A DNA stretch of 36,047 bases from a virus (IMGVR_UViG_3300028594_000178:1-36047), one strand, 5' to 3'. Shown: positions 1-8,024, counted from the first letter of the stretch. A program made the numbers and translations. The notes: generated by a model from the sequence alone, not told the origin.

Positions 1-309
1 ATGGGTAAGTGGGCAGGCGACAAAAATATATTCTTTTCAAGGATAAACGGCGATTCGATGAACCGAATCATGCCAGACCAATCCTTAATAGCTATAAAAC
101 CTATTGAAAAAGAAGCGCTTAAAAACGGCGATATTGTGGTTTTTAGTAACTCGAATGAATACAGCGTCAAATACTTTCACAAAACGCCGGACAAACTTAT
201 ATTTAAACCCGCTAGCCACAATAAGGATCACCACGAGCAGCACTTTGCACTAGATGACGGTGTGAAAATTCACGGAAAAGTAGTCTTATACATCGTGGAG
301 TTAGATTGA
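1..309 (+). CDS. C-terminal S24 peptidase domain of a CI/LexA-like phage repressor (probably 5' truncated by the window)
   Basis: GDSM catalytic Ser motif, GDIVV, VKY Lys and IHGKVV end motif; lies next to the integrase. Confidence 0.85.
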   Translation: MGKWAGDKNIFFSRINGDSMNRIMPDQSLIAIKPIEKEALKNGDIVVFSNSNEYSVKYFHKTPDKLIFKPASHNKDHHEQHFALDDGVKIHGKVVLYIVELD

Positions 310-339
310 AAGTGTAAAATTTGCGCAAATCTTACACAT

Positions 340-365
340 AGAGGGGACTAGCTATCCCCTCTTTT
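340..365 (+). terminator. Intrinsic terminator between repressor and integrase
   Basis: AGAGGGGA-loop-TCCCCTCT followed by TTT. Confidence 0.6.
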
Positions 366-382
366 ATATAGGAGGAGAGCGA

Positions 383-1807
383 ATGAAAACAGCAATCTAT
401 GTTAGAGTGTCTACAGAAGAACAAGCGAAAGAAGGTTATTCCGTATCGGCCCAAAAAAAGAAGTTAAAAGCCTTTTGTGTATCACAGGGCTGGGAAGTGG
501 CGGGTTTATATGCAGATGAAGGAATATCCGCCAAGGACATGGAGCGTCCAGAGTTACAGCGCATGTTGAAGGATATAGAAGAAGGGAAAATTGAGTGTGT
601 GCTTGTCTATCGACTGGATCGGCTCACCAGGTCGGTATTGGACTTGTATAAAATGCTGGAAACATTTGATAAACAGGATTGTAAATTTAAATCAGCAACA
701 GAAGTTTACGACACCACGACGGCAATGGGGAGAATGTTTGTTACAATCGTAGCCGCGCTTGCCCAGTGGGAACGTGAGAATATGGGGGAAAGGATTGCGT
801 TTGGTTTTTCAGAAAAGGCGAGACAAGGAAAGTGGCCTTTGAACTTCGCGCCGATCGGATACGATTTAAACAAAGAGGAAAGTAAATTGTACATAAATCC
901 TCATGAAGCAAAAACGGTGAAATTGATTTTTGACTTGTATAAAACGAAAGGATCGGGCAGCATATCGAAATATTTAAATGATAATAAAATCTACACAAAA
1001 GCAGGAAGGAAATGGACGGACGTTACTGTTTTTAATGTGCTAAAAAGTCGCGCCCACTGCGGCGACGTTAGATGGAACGATGAGATTTACGAGGATAGTC
1101 ACGATCCGATTATAAGTAGAGAAGAGTGGCTAGAAGCTCAAAGGCTGATAGAAAAGCGAAACACCGACCCACCGCGATCAGTATCTAGCCCACATATTTT
1201 TTCCGGAAAACTCAAGTGTCCGTCTTGTGAAAAAAACCTTAAAGGCGACTCTTCGGTGATACCTAGCGGCAAAAAATATTATTCGTATCGATGCAAAAGA
1301 AAGTCTCTCGGATTGTGTAAAGGCTCAAAAATGGTAACGGAAATTAAATTGGAAAACGCTTTTGTTGATTATCTGGAAAGCTTCCAGTATAGTGACCTCT
1401 TTCCTGAGGTTGCTGAAATCGGGGAAAGGCAACTAAATAAAAAAGAAAAAAATACAGTCGACGCGGCCGGTCTTGAAAAAGAGCTTGATAAAATAGAAAG
1501 CCGAAAAAAGAAATGGCAATACGCTTGGGCGGAGGAGGCGATCTCATTTGATGATTTCAAAAATTTAATGGAAGAAGAAAAAGGAAAAGAGCAAAAAATC
1601 AGAGAACAAATCGACGAAATAATCGAACCAGAGGAATCTGGAAATATAAATAAAGATCAGATCATAGACGCTCTTGAATCAATAAAACAAAACTGGATTG
1701 CGTTAAAGCGAGAAGAAAAGAAATACTTTGTGCAATCCTTTATAGAAGAAATACACTACAGACACACAGGCAAGACAATTGTAATTGATAAAGTCGATTT
1801 CATTTAA
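383..1807 (+). CDS. Large serine recombinase (phage integrase)
   Basis: YVRVST catalytic motif, YRLDRLTRS, recombinase domain, CPSC...C...C zinc ribbon and coiled coil; RBS AGGAG. Confidence 0.95.
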   Translation: MKTAIYVRVSTEEQAKEGYSVSAQKKKLKAFCVSQGWEVAGLYADEGISAKDMERPELQRMLKDIEEGKIECVLVYRLDRLTRSVLDLYKMLETFDKQDCKFKSATEVYDTTTAMGRMFVTIVAALAQWERENMGERIAFGFSEKARQGKWPLNFAPIGYDLNKEESKLYINPHEAKTVKLIFDLYKTKGSGSISKYLNDNKIYTKAGRKWTDVTVFNVLKSRAHCGDVRWNDEIYEDSHDPIISREEWLEAQRLIEKRNTDPPRSVSSPHIFSGKLKCPSCEKNLKGDSSVIPSGKKYYSYRCKRKSLGLCKGSKMVTEIKLENAFVDYLESFQYSDLFPEVAEIGERQLNKKEKNTVDAAGLEKELDKIESRKKKWQYAWAEEAISFDDFKNLMEEEKGKEQKIREQIDEIIEPEESGNINKDQIIDALESIKQNWIALKREEKKYFVQSFIEEIHYRHTGKTIVIDKVDFI

Positions 1808-1812
1808 TTTAT

Positions 1813-1862
1813 ATGTGGTCTTACATAACCTTTCAAAATTTGTAGATTATGTAAGACCACAT
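1813..1862. other. Putative attP site
   Basis: Perfect 16-bp inverted arms ATGTGGTCTTACATAA (1813-1828) and TTATGTAAGACCACAT (1847-1862) around an 18-bp spacer, 5 nt after the integrase stop. Confidence 0.75.
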
Positions 1863-2071
1863 TTCATTTAATAAACAACAAACTTAATTCCTTCTTTGCT
1901 GCACGATTTGTGCAGCTTCTTTTTTCTGACTTCGGATACCGGAAACCAGTCAAGGCTGTTACAGCGCCATTCACAGCGTTCAGAAGCGACTTTTTATGTT
2001 AAAAATAACATTAAATTATTTCAAGTTGTTTGCACTTTGTTAGCTGGTTCGTTAGAACATGCGTTTGCACA

Positions 2072-2102
2072 TAAAGGCGGCGAAATAAATCAGACCGCCT
2101 TT
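2072..2102 (-). terminator. Hairpin terminator closing the FtsK operon
   Basis: AAAGGCGG...CCGCCTTT inverted repeat right after the last small membrane gene. Confidence 0.5.
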
Positions 2103-2310
2103 ATATTAATACAACCAGACCTCCGTATAAGAATACACCGATTACCCCAAACTTAGCAAGTGTCCTACTAATCATTCCGAACAGAGCATAAATACCAATT
2201 GACATACCAACCATGATAGGTAGCGCTGTGATATAATCAGCGACTATACTTTCAAATCCACTTGTAATCCGATCAATGATTAGGTGAGTTATTGAACCTA
2301 TTTGAACCAC
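2101..2310 (-). CDS. Small membrane protein with two hydrophobic segments; start uncertain (GTG 2310 or ATA 2301)
   Basis: Hydrophobic ALPIMVGMSIGIYALFG and FGVIGVFLYGGLVVLI; RBS AAGGAG at 2315-2310. Confidence 0.65.
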   Translation of the reverse strand: MVQIGSITHLIIDRITSGFESIVADYITALPIMVGMSIGIYALFGMISRTLAKFGVIGVFLYGGLVVLI

Positions 2311-3128
2311 TCCTTCTTTTAACGGGTAAAGAAACAGCATCTTCAGCACTCATCTTCTTTAACCGATCAGCTAAAGTTGCAGGGTGAATATGGAACCGTT
2401 CAGACAACTCATATAACCGCAATTTTTCTCCTTTATAATCATAACGTTTATTGTTTTTAGCGAGTTTTTTTCCTGTCCTGTGCTTTACCGCCTGTTCGAT
2501 GGTCATTCCGCTTCTGAATACCCTGTTTCTAAATGTCCTATAGTTTATACCCTCCATGTCTGATATTTCGTGCAGGCTCAACATTTGCCCCTTATAAGGG
2601 TACCTTTTTGTTACTCTTGTATTTTTATTTTGCTCTTGCCTAGTTGCCCAAGTGCAATTAGACGGTTCATAATTTCCATTTACATCTTTTCTATCAATTG
2701 ATGTATTTTCTTCTCCATGCTTTTTGACGTGACTTAAATACTTTTCGTACATATCATTTTTGAAGTTTATAAAGTCATACCATTCATCACAAACTTTTAT
2801 ACCTCTTCCTCCGTAATTCGGGTAACCTTCATCTTTTGGGTTATCACACCTTTTAAACATACCCTGCCAAATTTTATAAAAACGCGTTTCTGACATTCCG
2901 TGCGTTCTGCTTCTTTCAGATGTTTTTTTGTCCTTTAAGCACCCACAACTTCTTGTAGATCCGTATTTAATACTAGCCAAAACAGATGTGTGTTCATTGC
3001 CGCATACACATTGACATAATGCGTAGGCCCTGTTGCCATACTTAGTTTTTTTTGAAAAAAACTTTCTTTATCTTTAGCCCGCCGAAAACCTTTCCGATAT
3101 AGTCATCTGGGTTGGTTTTTCTTCCCAT
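2273..3128 (-). pseudogene. HNH-type homing-endonuclease-like gene, frameshifted in a T7-C-A8 tract
   Basis: ATG at 3128 gives MGRKTNPDDYIGKVFGGLKI and then TAA at 3044. The +1 frame continues CQCVCGN...RSCGC...YGGRGIKVCDEW...SIDRKDVNGNYEPSNCTWAT. Confidence 0.7.
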
Positions 3129-3276
3129 TGTACAGTCCCTTCCTTTCGTATTTACTCAAAATTTCCTCTATACCCTCTTCGATTAGCGGCGACATTGGAA
3201 CTTTGGTTTGAACAGAAAGATCCTTTAGCTTATCCGTTAATTCTTTATCTAAAGTGAAGTTTTTTCGCACTTTCAT
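3103..3276 (-). CDS. Ribbon-helix-helix regulator, 57 aa (absent from the ORF track)
   Basis: MKVRKNFTLDKELTDKLKDLSVQTKVPMSPLIEEGIEEILSKY...; RBS GAAGGAGG. Confidence 0.8.
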   Translation of the reverse strand: MKVRKNFTLDKELTDKLKDLSVQTKVPMSPLIEEGIEEILSKYERKGLYNGKKNQPR

Positions 3277-3296
3277 AACGATCCTCCTTCACCTTA

Positions 3297-3325
3297 ATTA
3301 TACACACTTATACACACTTGGTCAA
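3297..3325 (-). promoter_or_regulatory. SigmaA promoter with a tandem-repeat operator
   Basis: TTGACC-17 nt-TATAAT, overlapped by two tandem copies of AAGTGTGTAT. Confidence 0.8.
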
Positions 3326-3327
3326 GT

Positions 3328-3690
3328 TTATGAGACGTTTTCCATCACTCCGGCAAGCACATCGAAAATCATGGGCAATACACTTATCAAAACATATCCC
3401 ATCGATGCCTTGGAAATCATGCTAAACCCTCTGTCGCTGTTTCCTATGATGACAAATATCGCACCACCCAACACTACAGCTAAAGCAATCGGATAAGCCG
3501 CCCCCTGTATTAGTTGTAACAGCGGATCAAAGGCGGTCATCATTTGCCCTTTAATATCAGTTTCCGCAGATGCGGTTGCTGGCATAAATGGAGCAATGGC
3601 AAGTGGTATTAATTCAACAGTGGGTTTTCTGTTCTGCTTTTTGTGTTCCTTCCTTATAAAAGTTTTAAAATCATAAGTTTTCGTTTTCAT
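3328..3690 (-). CDS. Membrane protein with a TrbC/VirB2 pilin-like layout
   Basis: Basic N-terminus, ASA-type cleavage-like site, then two hydrophobic helices separated by GNSDRG. Confidence 0.6.
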   Translation of the reverse strand: MKTKTYDFKTFIRKEHKKQNRKPTVELIPLAIAPFMPATASAETDIKGQMMTAFDPLLQLIQGAAYPIALAVVLGGAIFVIIGNSDRGFSMISKASMGYVLISVLPMIFDVLAGVMENVS

Positions 3691-3811
3691 CTTCCGCCTC
3701 CTCCGCGCGTAAATACAGTAACGTAACCGCTAGCTTGATTACTGATTCTAGGCCTTTCGCGTTTAAAGCTGACAGCATCATATCCCATTTTTTTAACTCT
3801 TCAAACGTCAT
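3671..3811 (-). CDS. Hypothetical protein, 46 aa (absent from the ORF track)
   Basis: RBS AGGAGGG, MTFEELKKWDMMLSALNAKGLESVIKLAVTLLYLRAEEAEDENENL; fills the operon gap. Confidence 0.6.
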   Translation of the reverse strand: MTFEELKKWDMMLSALNAKGLESVIKLAVTLLYLRAEEAEDENENL

Positions 3812-3822
3812 TAAAGTCCCTC

Positions 3823-4422
3823 CTATTTAAAGTCAGTCGGCAAAAACACCTTTATATTTAACCCGTCACATAGCTCTAAGAGCTTCTTTCTCCTGTATTC
3901 AGTTGTCGTTATCCAAATCATAAAGGGCATTCCTCCAAAAGCATTTCGTTCAATTAAACGCCTATACTTCTCTATCTTCGTGCGATTGTTCTTCATACTC
4001 TGCGTATTATCCACTTCTATGATGTACGTCTGATTATTCGCTTCAAATAGGGCATCAGCGACAACAATCAGCTTTCCATGGTTGTTTTGATTAATAATGC
4101 GTATTTCGTTGCGCCATGTTTTGGGTTGACCGAATTGGATATAAAGTTCATTCCGCATAATATAGTGATTAACGTTATGTGTTTTCTTGATGATTTTATC
4201 CGATTCCACGCGTTCGCGCCCTTTTTTATTTAAATAATAAATATTCTGTCCGTCCCTAAATACATTGAGATAATTCTCCATGTTTTTTAATACGCGCTGG
4301 GCATTGCGATCACTTTTAAGATTATGCATGCGTTGCAATTGGCTTCTGGTCAAAAAATTAAGCTTCTTCAAAGAAAGTAGTATGCGGTCCTGTCGTTCGA
4401 TCTTCTTTTGCTGCACGATCAT
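3823..4422 (-). CDS. Replication-relaxation family protein
   Basis: N-terminal winged helix (LTRSQLQRMH), H..MRNE, ADA...IIEVDNTQ PD-(D/E)xK-like core; overlaps the FtsK gene end. Confidence 0.8.
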   Translation of the reverse strand: MIVQQKKIERQDRILLSLKKLNFLTRSQLQRMHNLKSDRNAQRVLKNMENYLNVFRDGQNIYYLNKKGRERVESDKIIKKTHNVNHYIMRNELYIQFGQPKTWRNEIRIINQNNHGKLIVVADALFEANNQTYIIEVDNTQSMKNNRTKIEKYRRLIERNAFGGMPFMIWITTTEYRRKKLLELCDGLNIKVFLPTDFK

Positions 4423-5641
4423 GAATATCCTCCTTTGCTCTTACGTGGACCTTTATCTTTTCATCGATATAACCGTTCTCAATTAATGGAGTCTGAACGA
4501 CCTTTTCTTGATCCGTTTGATAAATCGCTCTACCCCATAATTTGGCAGGCAGTTCCTCTGCTCCCCCGCGATCCAAAACAACTGTGGATTGAGTTGCGTT
4601 CTTTAACTTGAAGCAAAGGGCTGCACTTGTATTTGCTTTTACTTGACGAGGAAATACGTCCGCAGTTGGGTACTGTGTTGCGAACACCACTCTATAACCT
4701 AACCCAGCACCGATCCGGGCTATTTCTCCAACTAAATTCAAACAGCGTTCTCTATCATTTTTGTTTACAAATGCTGATATTTCTGCCCCTTCGTCTATTA
4801 CAATAAAGTGCCTTTGCTTGTATCCAGCTTCTGTAATATCCTCATATCCTTCTTTCAAAAACTCCCGCTGTCGGTCCAGCATTTCCGAATGAATCCTCTC
4901 TAAAGCTTTGATTGTTTCCCTTGCATTCTTGGCTACTTCGATAACTTGTTTGCACCTTGCAAAACGGTTGAATGCTAAACCTCCCTTTAAATCGATAAGA
5001 GTAAGCTTCACGTTATCCGGTTGATTGTTTATAAGTGTTGTTATGGCGTTTTTTAAAAATACCGTTTTTCCGTATCTCGTCATGCCAGCGACCACAAGCA
5101 TTTGAAGCTTTTCAAAATCATGAGTAATAAAATCACTGTATGTGTAACCAATCGGCACCTTCCACCCTTTCACTTTGGAGAGCATTTCGTCATTGTATAA
5201 ATACACTTTATCCAACCCTTTTTCATAAACTCTGAATTTCAACATGCCGTCATAATTCATTTCAATCTGTTTATCTAAACTCACACGATTATTAAATAGG
5301 TCTTTTACCTGACTCTTAATATCCCCTTTCCAATCGATTTTTTTAATATTGGCCAGGGTAAAATCTGATTCACTCTTATTATTTAGTCCATCAATAAATA
5401 GCTGTTTATGATCGACAAATTGCTGGAATGATAATCCCAACGGAATCTTATAAACGTATTCAGCATAGTTTTTTCTTCTTGATTTTCGATAAATCCTAAT
5501 GCTTCCCTCTTTTGTTTTTAATCCGGCAGCATCTGCAATTTTCATTATCTTTTCATGATCGTTGGAAGATGATCTATTTTGAAAATAATAAGTTGATCCA
5601 GCTATCGCGGCCATACTTAATGTAGATAAAATCTCAAACAA
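4358..5641 (-). CDS. FtsK/SpoIIIE-family ATPase
   Basis: Walker A GMTRYGKT, IDLKGG, Walker B FIVIDE, ATQYP; N-terminal hydrophobic anchor; RBS AGAGGGGG suits a TTG start at 5641. Confidence 0.9.
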   Translation of the reverse strand: MFEILSTLSMAAIAGSTYYFQNRSSSNDHEKIMKIADAAGLKTKEGSIRIYRKSRRKNYAEYVYKIPLGLSFQQFVDHKQLFIDGLNNKSESDFTLANIKKIDWKGDIKSQVKDLFNNRVSLDKQIEMNYDGMLKFRVYEKGLDKVYLYNDEMLSKVKGWKVPIGYTYSDFITHDFEKLQMLVVAGMTRYGKTVFLKNAITTLINNQPDNVKLTLIDLKGGLAFNRFARCKQVIEVAKNARETIKALERIHSEMLDRQREFLKEGYEDITEAGYKQRHFIVIDEGAEISAFVNKNDRERCLNLVGEIARIGAGLGYRVVFATQYPTADVFPRQVKANTSAALCFKLKNATQSTVVLDRGGAEELPAKLWGRAIYQTDQEKVVQTPLIENGYIDEKIKVHVRAKEDIHDRAAKEDRTTGPHTTFFEEA

Positions 5642-5795
5642 ACAGCGCACCCCCTCTTTGTATCTATGGAATAGATAGTTGTAGCCAAAACGAATTTAGT
5701 AAAGTGGTGAAATTATCCGAAGTTAAGGCATTTGATAGGCTTTATCGGTGTTCGCAAGGCTGTTACATCAGCGTCTTTTAAAACGACTATGGTAA

Positions 5796-5824
5796 AGCAT
5801 ATGGGCACGGAGTTTGTCCTATGA
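5796..5824 (-). promoter_or_regulatory. SigmaE-like (mother-cell sporulation) promoter for the FtsK operon
   Basis: TCATAGG-14 nt-CATATGCT, close to the Bacillus sigmaE consensus. Confidence 0.55.
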
Positions 5825-5905
5825 CAAATTAGATCAATAATTATTTGCAATTTACATCAAAGGGTATTGAGATTGTTTTGTGGAATAGTTTGTTAGGTGA
5901 TAAAA

Positions 5906-6112
5906 ATGGAGTTAAAAAGCCGCATATCTTATTGGAGAGACGAAAGAGGAAGAACTAATAAATGGCTTTCCCGGAAATTAAATGTGAGCGAGGAGACATT
6001 GTCTCGGTGGGCTAACAGTAAAAGTTATCCATCTATACATAAATTATTTGAGTTAGCTGAATTGTTGGAATGCAAAGTCGATGACTTATATAAAAGGACT
6101 GATAAAAATTAA
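5906..6112 (+). CDS. XRE-family helix-turn-helix regulator
   Basis: LSRKLNVSEETLSRWANSKSYPS...LAELLECKVDDLY; divergent from the FtsK gene. Confidence 0.9.
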   Translation: MELKSRISYWRDERGRTNKWLSRKLNVSEETLSRWANSKSYPSIHKLFELAELLECKVDDLYKRTDKN

Positions 6113-6245
6113 TGAAGGGATTTACAAGCAGGAACAGGATCTCCTGAAAATGCTGGTCAAAGCAGAAAAGGATTATGAATTGCAGGAGACAATAAAAAGG
6201 CAGATCGAACGAGTAAATAAAACGATGGAAACCCTTGATGCATGA
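6108..6245 (+). CDS. Possible 45-aa helical protein with an ATT start
   Basis: Open frame NEGIYKQEQDLLKMLVKAEKDYELQETIKRQIERVNKTMETLDA after AAAAGGA; ends in a terminator. Confidence 0.35.
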   Translation: MNEGIYKQEQDLLKMLVKAEKDYELQETIKRQIERVNKTMETLDA

Positions 6246-6258
6246 GGGTTTCTTTTTT
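6228..6258 (+). terminator. Intrinsic terminator
   Basis: GAAACCCT...AGGGTTTC followed by T6. Confidence 0.75.
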
Positions 6259-6292
6259 GTGTAAAAATAAATAAAAAACTTCTTATTTCCTG

Positions 6293-6323
6293 TTGACTTA
6301 TCACTAATTAGTGATATAATGTA
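6293..6323 (+). promoter_or_regulatory. SigmaA promoter with palindromic operator, copy 1
   Basis: TTGACT-16 nt-TATAAT with extended TG; perfect 18-bp palindrome TATCACTAATTAGTGATA at 6299-6316. Confidence 0.85.
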
Positions 6324-6354
6324 ATTAACAGATCAAACAAAGGAGTTGGACGGA

Positions 6355-6741
6355 ATGAAAAACATTATGGTAAGAGCTTGGGAGATCGCAAGAGAAGGAC
6401 AAAAGCAATTCGGCGGAAAAGTAAGTGAGTATTTATCAGAAGCACTAAAAATGGCATGGGCTGAAACTAAAGCACCTAAGAAGGTTGAATTTAACACGAC
6501 AGCAGGAAGTCGTAAACATAAGTCTTGGATTGCTGAGATCACCGGTACACACCCTAAGTGGAAGTTGAACCGTGAGTTCATAAACCCTGTAGAAGAAAAT
6601 GACTACTCCGGAAAAACATTTGAATTGGAAAACGGTAAAATTTATGAAGTGTGTGACGCTGGCGACCGTGACTTTGTAGAAGTAATTGACGGCGATGTTT
6701 ACTACATTGAGTATAATGATGTTATGGGCGCTGTTGCGTAA
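6355..6741 (+). CDS. Hypothetical phage protein
   Basis: RBS AAGGAG; first gene after the promoter. Confidence 0.75.
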   Translation: MKNIMVRAWEIAREGQKQFGGKVSEYLSEALKMAWAETKAPKKVEFNTTAGSRKHKSWIAEITGTHPKWKLNREFINPVEENDYSGKTFELENGKIYEVCDAGDRDFVEVIDGDVYYIEYNDVMGAVA

Positions 6742-7199
6742 TGTCAAACGATCGTATCGACTTGAAAGGAAAAACGTTTGGTGATCTTGAGGTTATTAAA
6801 TTGAGTAATGAGCGCGGGAGAGACGGTACGAGGTTATGGAAGTGTAGGTGATCCTGCAGCAACTTGATACATGTATATGGTTATAGTTTAATCCACGGGC
6901 ACTATAGATCATGCGGTTGCAAACGTGACGAAAAACGCGATGCAGGGGCTAGAAATCATATAAAAGCAGATAGTCTTGACGGCACTCGAAAAAGCGCACT
7001 AAAAGCCAAACTCCATAAGGGTAATAAGTCTGGACACAAAGGCGTCACCTGGTTAATATCAAGAAACAAATGGCGCGCCTATATCGGATATAAAGGGAAG
7101 CAAATATCTTTAGGTTATTTTGATAAGAAAGAAGATGCGGTCAAGGCTAGAAAAAAAGCAGAAGAAGAATATCATAAACCACATTTGGAGGAAGATTAA
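6741..7199 (+). pseudogene. AP2-domain protein with an N-terminal Cys-rich module, interrupted by an in-frame TGA
   Basis: MSNDRIDLKGKTFGDLEV...WKCR*SCSN...RSCGC...NKSGHKGV...WRAYI...LGYF...AVKARKKAE; TGA at 6849-6851. Confidence 0.75.
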
Positions 7200-7427
7200 A
7201 TGAAAGAAATAGACAAATACATGTCCCCGGTAGAAGCTGCTGAACGTTGGGGGAAAAAAGTAGACACCGTAAAGGCTCGATTGCGGTTTGATTATTATGG
7301 AGATAAGCTAGACGACATGATCGATCGCGGTTTGATTAAATACTATAAAAAACCAGGCGGGAAAAACCGTGATTGGATTATATCCACCCATGCTATGCGG
7401 GAATGGTTTGGAGATAAGAATAAATAA
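7200..7427 (+). CDS. Helix-turn-helix DNA-binding protein
   Basis: MSPVEAAERWGKKVDTVK...WIISTHAMREWFG pattern of small excisionase-like winged-HTH proteins. Confidence 0.75.
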   Translation: MKEIDKYMSPVEAAERWGKKVDTVKARLRFDYYGDKLDDMIDRGLIKYYKKPGGKNRDWIISTHAMREWFGDKNK

Positions 7428-7444
7428 AAAACTAATAAAATGTA

Positions 7445-7475
7445 TTGACTTATCACTAATTAGTGATATAATGTA
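7445..7475 (+). promoter_or_regulatory. SigmaA promoter with palindromic operator, copy 2
   Basis: 31-bp exact duplicate of 6293-6323. Confidence 0.85.
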
Positions 7476-7523
7476 GTTAGAAGGTCAGGGAAGGCCTTCA
7501 CAAAATAAAAGGAGGAACAAAAA

Positions 7524-7718
7524 ATGAATAAGAGAATAAGAAAAAAGAAAAATAGAAGTAATACCCTACTAAATATTGGGAGGTCTAAAATGTGCGAACA
7601 CAATTTCTCATTTATACAAGATGAAACACTAGAAAATAATAAAGGCGAACTACTCTATATAGAGACCTATCAATGTACTTACTGTTCAAAAATTTCACAA
7701 AACATAAAACAAATATAA
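7524..7718 (+). CDS. Small protein with a basic N-terminus and C-x-H...C-x2-C motif
   Basis: RBS AAGGAGG before 7524; second in-frame RBS and ATG at 7590. Confidence 0.6.
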   Translation: MNKRIRKKKNRSNTLLNIGRSKMCEHNFSFIQDETLENNKGELLYIETYQCTYCSKISQNIKQI

Positions 7719-7736
7719 AAAAAGGAGTTGGATAAA

Positions 7737-7952
7737 ATGGAATTAAGAACATGGGAAAGAGAAAATTACACGGTAGAAATGATTGAATTTGATCACGATT
7801 TAAAAGCATTTGAGGTTATTCAAGGGGATAAGGTACAGACTATAGCCCCTGCAACAATTGAGGACATGGAAGCTATTATTGAGGATTTAGACAACGGCGA
7901 AGATGTTGACGGTTGGGAAGACGGGGTCGGCAACACAATCGTAATAGAATAA
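7737..7952 (+). CDS. Small acidic hypothetical protein
   Basis: RBS AAGGAG; D/E-rich. Confidence 0.75.
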   Translation: MELRTWERENYTVEMIEFDHDLKAFEVIQGDKVQTIAPATIEDMEAIIEDLDNGEDVDGWEDGVGNTIVIE

Positions 7953-8024
7953 AAGAGGGCAGGCATAAGCCTACCCTCCTCATAAAAGTGTGTACGGTGA
8001 TTATAACATATAGGAGGCTTAATC

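Noticed and set aside
1884-2000. Small minus-strand ORF beside attP as a recombination directionality factor
   Set aside because: The frame ERCEWRCNSLDW... has an upstream in-frame stop and no start codon or RBS.
6849-6851. Selenocysteine at the in-frame TGA
   Set aside because: No convincing SECIS-like hairpin follows it, the Cys looks structural, and a single substitution from TGY explains it.
6293-7475. 31-bp direct repeats as CRISPR repeats or att sites
   Set aside because: Only two copies 1.15 kb apart, each a promoter with an operator in front of an RBS.
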